A stretch of 64,000 bases of DNA from Dehalococcoidia bacterium. Lineage in GTDB: Bacteria > Chloroflexota > Dehalococcoidia > Lucifugimonadales > UBA3495. Shown here in pieces: positions 38,837-47,875 of the stretch; within the stretch, counting starts at the first letter, position 1; each line of letters starts with the position of its first letter. The stretch is from positions 4,956 through 68,955 of the forward strand of contig DAOULH010000034.1 in NCBI GenBank assembly GCA_034420475.1, in the 5' to 3' direction. Under the pieces are notes generated by a model. It ran no database searches and was not told the DNA's origin. It saw only the letters and a program-made list of their open reading frames with translations. The position numbers and the translations under genes are program-made.

Positions 38837-39256
38837 ATGAGTGAACAAAGCAGCAGCGTGAATATGGGCTTGTCCCCCGGCCTGATCGGCCGGCGGGAAG
38901 TGTTGGTGTGCGAGCACAACGTCGCGCCCCACGTCGCCAAGCTCAGCACCCCAAGCATGATCCGGGCCATGGAGCAAGCCTCGCAGCGGGCTATCCTGGA
39001 TCACCTCCCGCCGGAGCAATCCACCGTCGGGTTCGAGGTCAACATCCGCCATGTGGCCGGCGCGGATATTGGCGCCACGGTGGTGGCCGTCGCCGAGTTG
39101 GAGCGCATCGACGGTCGGTGGCTCTATTTCAAGGTGGAAGCGCTGGACGGAGACCGCACCATCGGCGTCGGGACGCACCGCCGGGCCATCATCACCCTGC
39201 CGCCCGAGGCGACCAACCGCGGCGGCGGCAACGACAGCCACACCCACGAGCTATGA
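38837..39256 (+). CDS. hotdog-fold thioesterase (fluoroacetyl-CoA thioesterase-like family)
   Basis: VLVCEHNVAPH...STPSMIRAMEQAS...VGFEVNIRHVAGADIGATV...GVGTHRRAII. Confidence 0.7.
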   Translation: MSEQSSSVNMGLSPGLIGRREVLVCEHNVAPHVAKLSTPSMIRAMEQASQRAILDHLPPEQSTVGFEVNIRHVAGADIGATVVAVAELERIDGRWLYFKVEALDGDRTIGVGTHRRAIITLPPEATNRGGGNDSHTHEL

Positions 39257-39278
39257 ATACCGGCGCGATCCGCGACGC

Positions 39279-39307
39279 GAAAGGGCGGGTTCAATATCCG
39301 CCCTTTC
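39279..39307 (+). terminator. hairpin 3' of the thioesterase gene
   Basis: gaaagggcgg-gttcaatat-ccgccctttc, 10-bp stem. Confidence 0.5.
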
Positions 39308-39323
39308 GTTGCTGTAAAGAAAA

Positions 39324-39357
39324 AGAACCGGCGCTGGGGGTGAAGAGCGCCGGTTCT
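39324..39357 (-). terminator. intrinsic terminator of the DUF1800-DUF1501-NHL operon
   Basis: On the minus strand: agaaccggcgc-(12-nt loop)-gcgccggttct followed by TTTTTCTTT. Confidence 0.7.
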
Positions 39358-39398
39358 GGGGAAGAAATGTCAGAACACTTCCCGGATGTACCGCCAGG

Positions 39399-40448
39399 TT
39401 ACAGGTTGAACTGCGGGTCCAGGTAGGTGTCGTCCTTTTCGTAAACCTGCAGCCGTGACCGCAGGGTGTCGCACACCAGCAGCCGGTTGTTGGCCCGGTC
39501 GAAGTTGACGCCCATGGGCATCCGGAAGGTGCGCTGCTGCTGCTCCAGGTCGGGGACCCGGCGGCGTGCCTTCACCATGTCGGGGTTGGCGTTGAGCGAC
39601 AGGTCGCCCCATTCCGACACCTCGGTGGCGTCCCCTTCCAGGTAAGCCAAAGGACGAGCGTCGGCATCGTAGATCACGACGCGCTCGTTCATCCAGTCCG
39701 CCACGTACACGTCGCCCTCGTTGTCGATGGTGACGTCCAGCGGGTGGTTGAGCTCACCGGAGCGGGTGCCGCGGCTGCCGAAGGTGCGCAGGTGGGTTCC
39801 GCCCGCCGTGTACTTCTGCACGCGGTGGTTGCCCCAGTCGGCGATGTAAAGGTCGCCGGCATCGTCGATGGCGATGCCCGAGGGCATCTCCAGGTCCTCG
39901 GCGCCGTTGCCCTTGGTGCCGAAGCCTCCCAGGTAATCGCCGTCCTTGCTGAACTTCTGGACGCGGCTGCTCTTGGCCGAAACCACCCAGAGGTTGTCGT
40001 CGGCGTCAAAAGCCAATCCGGCGGCGCCGCTGAGCTGGCCTTCGCCATCACCGGCTTCGCCCCAGTGCTTCACCAGGTTTCCGTCGGCGTCGAACACGGC
40101 GACCATGTTCTTCCACTCGTCGGAAGCGTAAACGCTGCCGGCGGAATCGATGGCAATGCCAGTGATCCACTCGAAGAGGCCCCTGGAGCTGGCCTGGTAG
40201 GCAATGCCTTCACGGCCGAATTCACCCAGGAATTCCTCGCCGCCCTTGCCGTCGGTGTTGCCGATGGTGCACTTGGTGATGCGGGCGCTGGGGTTCTGCT
40301 CACCGCCGCGGTTGGCGACGTACATCGTGCCGTCATCAAGGGTCGCCACGCCAACGGGCTGGCTGAAACCCATGCCCACCTGCCCCTGGCGGCCCACATT
40401 CTTGATGTACAGCCATGCCCGACCGCTTGCTACGGTATTCTGAGGCAT
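39399..40448 (-). CDS. NHL-repeat beta-propeller protein
   Basis: Six recurring units of the type G.G.L..P.G.A.D..G..YVAD..N.RV..F. GGAGGA RBS 7 nt before ATG 40448. Confidence 0.8.
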   Translation of the reverse strand: MPQNTVASGRAWLYIKNVGRQGQVGMGFSQPVGVATLDDGTMYVANRGGEQNPSARITKCTIGNTDGKGGEEFLGEFGREGIAYQASSRGLFEWITGIAIDSAGSVYASDEWKNMVAVFDADGNLVKHWGEAGDGEGQLSGAAGLAFDADDNLWVVSAKSSRVQKFSKDGDYLGGFGTKGNGAEDLEMPSGIAIDDAGDLYIADWGNHRVQKYTAGGTHLRTFGSRGTRSGELNHPLDVTIDNEGDVYVADWMNERVVIYDADARPLAYLEGDATEVSEWGDLSLNANPDMVKARRRVPDLEQQQRTFRMPMGVNFDRANNRLLVCDTLRSRLQVYEKDDTYLDPQFNL

Positions 40449-40535
40449 AGTTTTTCCTCCACTTGAAATGCGTTGGACCGGCGGCACCGCAGCCGATTGG
40501 CCACGCCGCCGCCGTTTTTAGCTGGGCCGTTGGAC

Positions 40536-41669
40536 TTACTTCTTGATGATGTCCAGCTTCGGGAAGGCGCCGTTGACGATAGGGTTGGCGTCCATGCCAA
40601 GCCAGTCCTCAACGATGCTGGAGTACGCGCCGCGGAAGTCGTAGTTGGGAACCAGGTCGCCCTGTTCCAGGTCCTCGGCCTTGCGGGACGGGTACTCACC
40701 GTAGAAGCCACCCTGGACGCTGTCGCCGATGGCGAAGGCTACGCCGGCAGCGCCGTGGTCGGTGCCGGAGCCGTTGTCGCGGACGCGGCGGCCGAACTCG
40801 GAGAACAGGTACATGACGATGTTCTCGCCGGTGTTGTGCTCCTTCATGTCCTCGAAGAAGGCGCTGATGCCCTCGGAAACTTCCTTCCACAGCACCGGGT
40901 GGGCCGCGGCCTCACCGGCGTGGGTGTCGAAGCTGCCGTGCTGGGTGTAGAAGATCTTCGTGCCCAGATCGGCCATGTACACCTGGGCGATGTCACGCAG
41001 GTGGGAGGCGATGGGGCTGTTGGGGTACTCGACGTTGCTGGAGTACCGCTCCGGCGCAACCTTCACAATGTCGGCGCCAACCATGGCGTCCGTGCCGGTG
41101 GAGCGCAGGTAGTCGTTCACAAAGCTGCCGCCCACGGTGGGAGCGTACATCTTGGAGAACAGGTCAAGAGCCTTGGAGCGCTGGTCAACGTCGGCGATGC
41201 CGGTGAGCAGGCCATAGGTGCTCAGGTCGGCGATGGCGGCTACGGGGACGCCGGGGACGGCCAGCGCGCGGGGCAGGCCGTGGCCGAAGTTGATGGCCGT
41301 CAGCACGTTTTCCTTGTTCGGGTCCATCTCGCGAGCGACGCGGCCGGCCCAACCCTCGGTGCCAACCTTGTCCGGCTCACAGGTGTGCCAGATGTCCATG
41401 CTGCGGAAGTGCGAGCGGGGGCTGTCGGCGTAGCCGATGCCATGGATGACGGCGACCTTGCCCTGGTCAAAGAGCTCCTTCATGGGGCCCATGGTGGGGG
41501 CGAAGCCGAGCTCGTCGTTGACCGGGATGATGTCTTCGCGCTCGTAACGAACCGCCGGGCGGTTGTCGTAGTACGTCGCGTCGTTGTAGGGGATCACCGT
41601 GTTGAAGTAGTCGTTGCCGCCGGTGAGCTGCAGGACCACGATGACCGGATCTTTCTTGGTGGAGGTCAT
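40536..41669 (-). CDS. DUF1501 (sulfatase-like) domain protein, no Tat/Sec leader
   Basis: VVLQLTGGNDYFNTVIP, GIGYADSPRSHFRSMDIW, SEFGRRVRDNGSGTDHG. AAGGAG RBS before ATG 41669. Confidence 0.8.
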   Translation of the reverse strand: MTSTKKDPVIVVLQLTGGNDYFNTVIPYNDATYYDNRPAVRYEREDIIPVNDELGFAPTMGPMKELFDQGKVAVIHGIGYADSPRSHFRSMDIWHTCEPDKVGTEGWAGRVAREMDPNKENVLTAINFGHGLPRALAVPGVPVAAIADLSTYGLLTGIADVDQRSKALDLFSKMYAPTVGGSFVNDYLRSTGTDAMVGADIVKVAPERYSSNVEYPNSPIASHLRDIAQVYMADLGTKIFYTQHGSFDTHAGEAAAHPVLWKEVSEGISAFFEDMKEHNTGENIVMYLFSEFGRRVRDNGSGTDHGAAGVAFAIGDSVQGGFYGEYPSRKAEDLEQGDLVPNYDFRGAYSSIVEDWLGMDANPIVNGAFPKLDIIKK

Positions 41670-41764
41670 TGCGTATGCTCCTTGTCTGATGTGCGTTTCG
41701 TCGGATGACGAGTTGTGGCGATGGACAGGCCGGAAAGTTGCCGGCCCGTCCAGCACCTTCCGGT

Positions 41765-43165
41765 TTAGCCGAACTGGTACTCGGTGGTGGCGCTGATCAG
41801 GGCCATGGTCTCACCGATACGAGTCGCGGTGGAGATCCGGTCGTCCCAGTTGACGTCGCCGCCGGAGCGGACGTGCTCGGCCAGCTGGCCGCGGGTCTCC
41901 TCGCTGAGCTCGATGAAGCCCATGTACTCGGTGCAGGCGTTCAGCAGGTGGTCCGGGGTGGTTACGCCGTCGTCCCGCATACGGTCGACGATGTCCTGCA
42001 TACCGGGCAGATCCGGGTTGGAAACGCGGTCGGCCACGAAGTTGATGCGGGCCAGCAGGGCGCCGGAGTTGATCCACTCCAGGCCGGTGTGCCAACCTTC
42101 CACCGACGGCGGGTCCAGGATGGACTGGCCCATGTAGGTGGGCTCCTTGCCGATGTTCAGGACGCCGGGATCCGGGTTCTCGAACAGGCCGACCATCCGA
42201 AGGGTGCCGGCGACCACTTCGGCCGGGCTCTTGATCTTCTGGTAGCGGGCGTCCTTGAACCACTGGGAGTTGAACATGTGGCGCAGGACGGCCTTCATCT
42301 CGAAGCCGGACTGCTCGAACACGTCTATCATCTCTTCCAGCGCGTCCTCATCGCGGGCCGGCTCAATGGTCCAGGCCGGAACCTGGGGCTCGTCGGCGAC
42401 GAAGAAGTTGTAGAGGTGGCGACAGATGAAGCGGGAGGTGGCCGGCTCTTCGAGGATGATGTCGATGATGTCCTCGCCGTCGAAGTTGCCGGTGCGGCCC
42501 AGGAAGGTCTTTTCACCGAAGTCGTGGTCGGCTTCGTTGTAGGAGAACTTCCACGGATAGCGGCCGTACGGAGCGCGCGGCAGCTTGGCCTGAATGGTCC
42601 AGCCGGTGAAGGCACGCGAGCACTCGCGAACGTCGACCTCGGTGTAGTTGGAAACGCCCATGGAGAACAGTTCCAGGAGCTCGCGGCCCCAGTTCTCGTT
42701 CACGGCGTCCCGGTGGTTCTCGTTGTTGTCCAGCCAGAAAATCATGGCCGGGTTCTTGGACAGTTCGATCAGAATGTCCCGATAGTTACCCATGCCGTGC
42801 TCGCGCAACATGTCGATCTGCTCGAGCAGCTGGTCGCAGTTGTCAACCTTGGAGTTGCCGGTCGCGAACACGTGGTGCCAGAACAGCGTCATCTTCTCTT
42901 CCAGGGGCCGGTCGCTGGATACCATGTTGTACATCCAGTTGGCCTGGCCGGAGAAGGGAACGCCGCCGGGGAGCAAGAAGCTGGGGTGGTACCGGAGCAG
43001 GAGAGCCATCTTCCCACCCTCGCGGTTTGCAGGGGGATCGATCAGCTCTTCCACGGTGGCTTCGTAACCCTGGGCAACGCATCGCTCCAGCTCTGCGCGG
43101 TTGGCGCCAAAGCCGGCGCGCCGCATCAGGTGGGCCATCAATGCCAGGTCATCCTTTTGTGACAT
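41765..43165 (-). CDS. DUF1800 domain protein
   Basis: HLMRRAGFGA..., MTLFWHHVFATG, typical partner of DUF1501. GGAGG RBS before ATG 43165. Confidence 0.8.
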   Translation of the reverse strand: MSQKDDLALMAHLMRRAGFGANRAELERCVAQGYEATVEELIDPPANREGGKMALLLRYHPSFLLPGGVPFSGQANWMYNMVSSDRPLEEKMTLFWHHVFATGNSKVDNCDQLLEQIDMLREHGMGNYRDILIELSKNPAMIFWLDNNENHRDAVNENWGRELLELFSMGVSNYTEVDVRECSRAFTGWTIQAKLPRAPYGRYPWKFSYNEADHDFGEKTFLGRTGNFDGEDIIDIILEEPATSRFICRHLYNFFVADEPQVPAWTIEPARDEDALEEMIDVFEQSGFEMKAVLRHMFNSQWFKDARYQKIKSPAEVVAGTLRMVGLFENPDPGVLNIGKEPTYMGQSILDPPSVEGWHTGLEWINSGALLARINFVADRVSNPDLPGMQDIVDRMRDDGVTTPDHLLNACTEYMGFIELSEETRGQLAEHVRSGGDVNWDDRISTATRIGETMALISATTEYQFG

Positions 43166-43245
43166 CCTGTGCCTCCTTCCTTCGATTTGATGCCGTTTTT
43201 GCCGGGATTCCATGCGCCGTTCCCGGTCTCACGACGGTTGCCGCT

Positions 43246-43274
43246 AGTGTAATTTAGTTGCCGCACCCTGTCAA
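43246..43274 (-). promoter_or_regulatory. near-consensus promoter for the DUF1800 operon
   Basis: Minus strand TTGACA (43274-43269), 17-nt spacer, TACACT (43251-43246). Confidence 0.55.
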
Positions 43275-43363
43275 CAAATCGGCGTATCGCTCAAATTTGA
43301 TAATGATTATAAACTGGTAACGAAGGGCAAAGACGGGGCAAGGCGCTAGAGGTCCCCCGGTGG

Positions 43364-43573
43364 TTAGGCCCACTCAAATTCGTCTCTGGATCTGCCAAAT
43401 TGCCGGATGATCCCGATCACTGTGCCAACTTTCAAATCTCGGCTGCTCCAGTTAGGAATGGCAGCCTGCGCACGATTTTCGGGGTTTATCCACATCTCGT
43501 GGCCGCCGCGTCTCTGCCGGTCAGAACGGCAATTCAGCCGACGCAACTTGCGGGTAAGTTCCCGGTAGGTCAA
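43364..43573 (-). CDS. hicA: HicA family mRNA-interferase toxin
   Basis: 69 aa. LRRLNCRSDRQRRGGHEMWINP......IPNWSSRDLKVGTVIGIIRQFG fits the HicA/YcfA pattern. 4-nt overlap with hicB. Confidence 0.8.
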   Translation of the reverse strand: MTYRELTRKLRRLNCRSDRQRRGGHEMWINPENRAQAAIPNWSSRDLKVGTVIGIIRQFGRSRDEFEWA

Positions 43574-43818
43574 GCTGTGACAGTAACCTCGCCGGTCTGC
43601 ACCGGCCTCTCCACCAGTGCGGTTGGCAGTCCCAATCCGCGTTCCTGGTAAGACTGTATAAAGGCTTCTGCCATGCCTTCCAGGATGTACAACGTTTCGG
43701 CTGGGGAGTCTCCCCAGGCGCAGCAGCCCGGCAGAGCCGGTATTTCCGCCATGTACTTATCATCCTCAGTGCTATCAGCGGGTTCGTACATTACGTAGGC
43801 AAGCTTGTACCGCTTCAT
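43570..43818 (-). CDS. hicB: HicB family antitoxin
   Basis: YMAEIPALPGCCAWGDSPAETLYILEGMAEAFIQSYQERG is the HicB/UPF0150 N-terminal fold pattern. Start set at MKRYKL (43818). Confidence 0.75.
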   Translation of the reverse strand: MKRYKLAYVMYEPADSTEDDKYMAEIPALPGCCAWGDSPAETLYILEGMAEAFIQSYQERGLGLPTALVERPVQTGEVTVTA

Positions 43819-43961
43819 TTGACGCAGACCCTCCGGCCATTCTTTCCGCTGAAACGATAGCAAACGGGCCGGGCTGGCCGCAAGATAGCCACCCCGGATC
43901 AGCTCGGCCGCCACAGGGAAACGGGGCGGCCGGAGTAGAAACCGTGCTTAGCGGGCGTATT

Positions 43962-43994
43962 CCGGGGCGCGGCGGAATCGTTGCCGCGCCCCGG
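43962..43994 (-). terminator. hairpin 3' of the LRR gene
   Basis: ccggggcgcggc-ggaatcgtt-gccgcgccccgg, 12-bp perfect stem 31 nt after the minus-strand stop at 44025. Confidence 0.5.
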
Positions 43995-44024
43995 TCCTGC
44001 TCCGGCCGCTCGTCTCCAGGCCCA

Positions 44025-45845
44025 TCAGCAAACCGGCAGATCCAGTTCGTCCAGGTCGTTCTGGTCAACGCTGAACAGCGCCGCCGGAATGCACCCGCTC
44101 AATTCGTTCCTGATGACGTACAGCAGCATCAACTCGGTCAACTCGGTCAACTCTGTCGGTATCTGGCCGGTCAATTGATTGGTATCCAGGTGCAGTTGCT
44201 CCAGTTTGGCAAGCCTGCCCAACTGCGGCGGTATGGAGCCACTCAACCGGTTGTTGTCCAGGTGCAGTTCCTCCAGATTTGCCAGGTTGCCCAACTGCGG
44301 CGGTATGGAGCCACTCAACTGGTTCCGGTTGACGTTCAATACCTTCAGCTCGGTCAGCCTTCCCAGTTGCCCGGGAATCGCTCCCTCCAGTTCATTCTCG
44401 AGAAGATACAACGATTCCAGTTTCGGGAGGCTCCCCAACTCGTCCGGTATCTGGCCGGTCAGCCGGTTGCTGTTCAAGAGCAAATGCTTCAGTTCGGTCA
44501 AATCGCCCAACTCCGTAGGGATTTCTCCGGTCAGCATATTATTGGAAAGGTTCAGCGTCTCGATTTTGGCCAGATCGCTCAGCGCCGACGGTATCTCCCC
44601 GGTCAGGTCGTTGTTGTCCAGGCGCAGATATTCCAAATTGGACAGATCTCCAAGTTGCGCCGGGATGGGTCCGCTGAGTTTGTTGTCGTACAGAGCGATC
44701 CACTCCAAGTTTGCCAGCTCGCCCAACTCGGGCGGGATCGGGCCGGTCAGTCCATTTTCGCGCAGGGTCAGTCCCCGCAGGTTGGTGAGATTGCCCAGTT
44801 CGGCCGGTAACGGGCCGGTCAGCTGGTTGCTGCGTATGCCCAAGTAGCTCAGCCTGGACAGTTTACCCAACTCAGGCGGTATGTTGCCGGTGAATTCATT
44901 CTGGCTCAGCCACAGAGCGCCGAGGTTGGAGAGACTACCCAACTCGTCCGGTAACTCGCCCGTCAGCTTGTTGCCGTCCAGATCAATGGTCCTCAGGTTG
45001 GTGAGGCCAATTATCTCGGGCGGTATTGCACCGGTCAGTTCGTTGTTCCACAACTCCAGATCGGTGAGATTGCTGAGACGACCCAACTGGGGCGGTATCG
45101 GCCCGCTGAGTCGGTTGTGATCGAATGACAGCACGGTCAAATTGGTGAGGTTGCCAATTTCCGCCGGTATCTCTCCGCTGATCCTGTTGCCATCCATATC
45201 CAGCGTGTCCAGGCTGGTCAGATTGCCCAACTCCGGCGGCAGTTGGCCGCTCAGGCCGTTGTTGTCCAGGTAGAGAACCAGAACGCAGCCGTCGCCGTCG
45301 GTGGATACGCCGAACCAGGTGCCGATGGGAGCGTCGTCACTCAACCAGTTGACGCTGTTCCTCCAGTTGGGCCCGTCGGTGGCGTTGTACAAAGCCTCCA
45401 GCGCGGCCCGGTCGCCGGCGCAGGCCGCCGGGCCTCCGCTGAGCCTGATCAGGTCCGACCATGGCGACCATTGCGGTTTCCCATAACGCTCGGCGCTGCC
45501 GCCGACGATGAACCAGTAGGCCTCCCCCGGCGTAAGGCGCGTGACGGTGTAGGAAGTCTGGCCGTTGTTGGCGATACTCACGGAAACGAACGCTTCTCGC
45601 CAGTCCCGGTTGGATGCCCTGGCCTCCGCGTAGTCTTTGGACGAAATCCAACCGATGCGGTAGAAGTTCGCCGAAGCAACGGCCGTCCAAGTGACCACCA
45701 CCTCGCCGGGGTTGGCTCCGGCAGCCACCTGGGGCTTGCCGAAGTTCGTCGGATCGCTCTGGGCCGCCACCGGCATCCCTTGCCCATTGGCAACGACCAA
45801 CAGGGCAGCCACAAAAAACGCTGCGATAGCTATGCTGATTTTCAC
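44025..45845 (-). CDS. secreted leucine-rich-repeat protein with plant-specific-type 24-residue LRRs and an N-terminal FN3-like domain
   Basis: Signal-like MKISIAIAAFFVAALLVVANG. An FN3-like segment (VVVTWTAV...YRIGW...YTVTRLTPGEAYWF). An LRRNT-like cap (DRAALEALYNATDGPNWRNSVNWLSD..IGTWFGVS). Then 17 units L..L.L..N.LSG.IP.ELG.L..L. Confidence 0.85.
   Translation of the reverse strand: MKISIAIAAFFVAALLVVANGQGMPVAAQSDPTNFGKPQVAAGANPGEVVVTWTAVASANFYRIGWISSKDYAEARASNRDWREAFVSVSIANNGQTSYTVTRLTPGEAYWFIVGGSAERYGKPQWSPWSDLIRLSGGPAACAGDRAALEALYNATDGPNWRNSVNWLSDDAPIGTWFGVSTDGDGCVLVLYLDNNGLSGQLPPELGNLTSLDTLDMDGNRISGEIPAEIGNLTNLTVLSFDHNRLSGPIPPQLGRLSNLTDLELWNNELTGAIPPEIIGLTNLRTIDLDGNKLTGELPDELGSLSNLGALWLSQNEFTGNIPPELGKLSRLSYLGIRSNQLTGPLPAELGNLTNLRGLTLRENGLTGPIPPELGELANLEWIALYDNKLSGPIPAQLGDLSNLEYLRLDNNDLTGEIPSALSDLAKIETLNLSNNMLTGEIPTELGDLTELKHLLLNSNRLTGQIPDELGSLPKLESLYLLENELEGAIPGQLGRLTELKVLNVNRNQLSGSIPPQLGNLANLEELHLDNNRLSGSIPPQLGRLAKLEQLHLDTNQLTGQIPTELTELTELMLLYVIRNELSGCIPAALFSVDQNDLDELDLPVC
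44076..45284 (-). repeat. ~17 tandem 72-bp (24-codon) LRR coding repeats
   Basis: Counted from the translated units LYLDNNGLSGQLPPELGNLTSLDT through LYVIRNELSGCIPAALF. Boundaries approximate. Confidence 0.8.
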
Positions 45846-45928
45846 GGACCTGGCTCCTTATGCAGGTTGTTGGTCTTATCCGAGCGTCGTCGGTTTTGGG
45901 AACGACAGACCAATCCGCCCCGGGCAGA

Positions 45929-46363
45929 TTACTTCGGCACCGCCCAGGCCGGCGGCGGGGCGTGCGTCACCGACGGATCATCGTCCGCAGGAATCTGGGC
46001 GATCAGCCGGCCGTTTTCCACCTTCACGTCGTGATAGAACAGCTGCGCCCGGGGCCCGTTCACGCACACTCCCTGCCCTTCTTCAAAGCGCCAGCCGTGG
46101 TCGGGACACAGGAAGCTCTTGTCCCACTTCACCACCCGACCGAAGGCGTGGGGACACACCATGGACAGCAGCCGGTATTGCCCATCCCGGGCCTTGGCCA
46201 GCCAGTGCTCCTCGCCATTCTCCAACCGCACCCGCGCCGGCAGTTCCTTGAAATCGCCCACCGCTCCCAGGTCAACCCGGCGTGCCGGGGCCATCTTGTT
46301 CTTGCCGATGTCGGCGGGATCGGTGTACATGCGCCGGCGGCGGTGGTAGATGTTTTCGCTCAT
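45929..46363 (-). CDS. Rieske [2Fe-2S] domain protein
   Basis: CPHAFG ... CPDHGWRF (CxH/CxxH ligands) in a 144-aa protein. Confidence 0.8.
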   Translation of the reverse strand: MSENIYHRRRRMYTDPADIGKNKMAPARRVDLGAVGDFKELPARVRLENGEEHWLAKARDGQYRLLSMVCPHAFGRVVKWDKSFLCPDHGWRFEEGQGVCVNGPRAQLFYHDVKVENGRLIAQIPADDDPSVTHAPPPAWAVPK

Positions 46364-46452
46364 GGCCGTTCTCCTTCAGGGCGTCACCCGGTCGCCCGTC
46401 GCCGCTCCGGCGGCGGTACGCGGTTGACGGACGGTACGCGGGACGGAGATCA

Positions 46453-46758
46453 TCAGTCCGTGGGCAGCCCCCCAAAGGCTTCTTCCATGGTGATGATCGG
46501 GAATATCTCGGTCCGGTTCCAGGTGGCCAGCCCCATGTCGATCACGGCGTCGTCCACCGCGTGGGCGTCCGGCCCGTCCAGGACCAGCCAGGTCTGATGC
46601 GACGACTTCCCCACCCAACCGCCGCGGTACTCGCAACCCCGGCTCGCCAGCGTCTCGGTCAGCTCCGCCGACATCCGCAGGACCCGGTCGCGCACCCCCA
46701 GGTCAACCCCGGGGCATCGCTCCGGGGCGTGTTCCAGCGAAATCATGTACAGGGCCAT
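46453..46758 (-). CDS. small alpha/beta protein, DUF3303-like (tentative)
   Basis: 101-aa ORF MALYMISLEHAPERCPG...WLVLDGPDAHAVDDAVIDMGL..W....IFPIITMEEA. Resemblance from memory only. Confidence 0.45.
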   Translation of the reverse strand: MALYMISLEHAPERCPGVDLGVRDRVLRMSAELTETLASRGCEYRGGWVGKSSHQTWLVLDGPDAHAVDDAVIDMGLATWNRTEIFPIITMEEAFGGLPTD

Positions 46759-46810
46759 ACGCGTTTCCTTATCGATCAGGGCAGAGTAGAGTAGGGTAGG
46801 GTGAAGCAGC

Positions 46811-47755
46811 CTACTGCACCGATGCCGGCTGCCGCAGCGCAGCGGGTCTGAATATGCCGGGCCGCGTCAGTCCGTCGAAGCGGTTCGGGCGCATCGCCTC
46901 GGCCAGCCCTTCCAGAACGTCGATCACCCGGGGGCCGTGCCGGCTGGGTATCTGTCCGTCGAACAGGTACACCCGGCCTTCCTGGACCGCGTCCAGCGAA
47001 TTCCACTCCTCCCGCTCGGCCAGGCGCGACGTTTCCAGGATGGTACGATCCATGTTGAAGGCGCAGGGCATCACCATCACGTAGTCGGGTTGGTAGTCGA
47101 GCGCTTCATCCCATCCCACTTCCCGGGATTTCCCCCACTTCTCGGCCAGTCCTTCCACTCCGCCCGCCAGTTCCACCAGTTCGGGCGTCCACTGTCCGGT
47201 GTTGCGCAGCGGCTCCAGCCAGTCGATGCAGAACACCTTTGGCCGGCTCCCGTCCTCAGCGCGTTCCGCTACGTAACCGGCGCGCTCCTGCAACTCGCTG
47301 ACCAGACGCTGCGCGCTCTTCGTAACCGCCGCGGCATCGCCGATACGTTGGATGTTTCCGTAGATGTCGTCCAGGCTGGCCGGCCGGATGCTCAAAATCT
47401 CCGGTTGGTAGTCCAGCGACTTGCTGGCGGTTTCGAAGACTGATCCGGCCCCGACCGCGCAAACTTCGCAGAGTTCCTGGGTCAGGATCAGGTCGGGCTG
47501 CAAGCGCCGCAACAAGTCGCCGTCAATGATGTACACCGGATTGCCCGCCGCCCGGGCCTGCTGGATGATCGTGTCGATCTCTGCACTGGAGAGGTGGGAC
47601 TTGCTGCGCACACTCCGGCTCACGATGGGCAGCCCGCGGGCCGGCGCCGGATAATCGCACATGTGCGAAACGCCAACCAGTGAATCGCCCAACCCCAGGG
47701 CGAACACAATCTCCGTGGCGCTGGGCAGCAAAGAAACGATGCGCATGGCGGGCAT
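46811..47755 (-). CDS. BtuF/helical-backbone periplasmic-binding-protein family (cobalamin/Fe-siderophore type), no obvious signal peptide
   Basis: MRIVSLLPSATEIVFALGLGDSLVGVSHMCDYP. Start uncertain (47800, 47755 or 47746). Confidence 0.7.
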   Translation of the reverse strand: MPAMRIVSLLPSATEIVFALGLGDSLVGVSHMCDYPAPARGLPIVSRSVRSKSHLSSAEIDTIIQQARAAGNPVYIIDGDLLRRLQPDLILTQELCEVCAVGAGSVFETASKSLDYQPEILSIRPASLDDIYGNIQRIGDAAAVTKSAQRLVSELQERAGYVAERAEDGSRPKVFCIDWLEPLRNTGQWTPELVELAGGVEGLAEKWGKSREVGWDEALDYQPDYVMVMPCAFNMDRTILETSRLAEREEWNSLDAVQEGRVYLFDGQIPSRHGPRVIDVLEGLAEAMRPNRFDGLTRPGIFRPAALRQPASVQ

Positions 47756-47875
47756 TGTAGGCCCACGGAACACACTTGGCAAACGGCGAGGGATTGACAC
47801 CGGACGTCAGACGGAACGCAGTCTGACGCTGGAATGGTATGATGGGCGCCACCACTGCGCAAGGCGCTTACTGCC

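Noticed and set aside
38713-38970. Upstream part of the 175-aa minus-strand ORF
   Set aside because: It overlaps the thioesterase gene on the other strand and has no RBS. The internal GTG at 38712 has a GGAGG RBS.
40473-43162. 411-aa and 485-aa plus-strand ORFs opposite the DUF1501 and DUF1800 genes
   Set aside because: Same antisense high-GC artefact. The minus-strand genes have family motifs, RBSs, a promoter and a terminator.
43944-45120. Periodic repeats and plus-strand ORFs across the LRR gene, considered as a possible CRISPR or other non-coding array
   Set aside because: The 72-bp periodicity is in frame and encodes 24-residue LRR units on the minus strand. There is no repeat/unique-spacer alternation.
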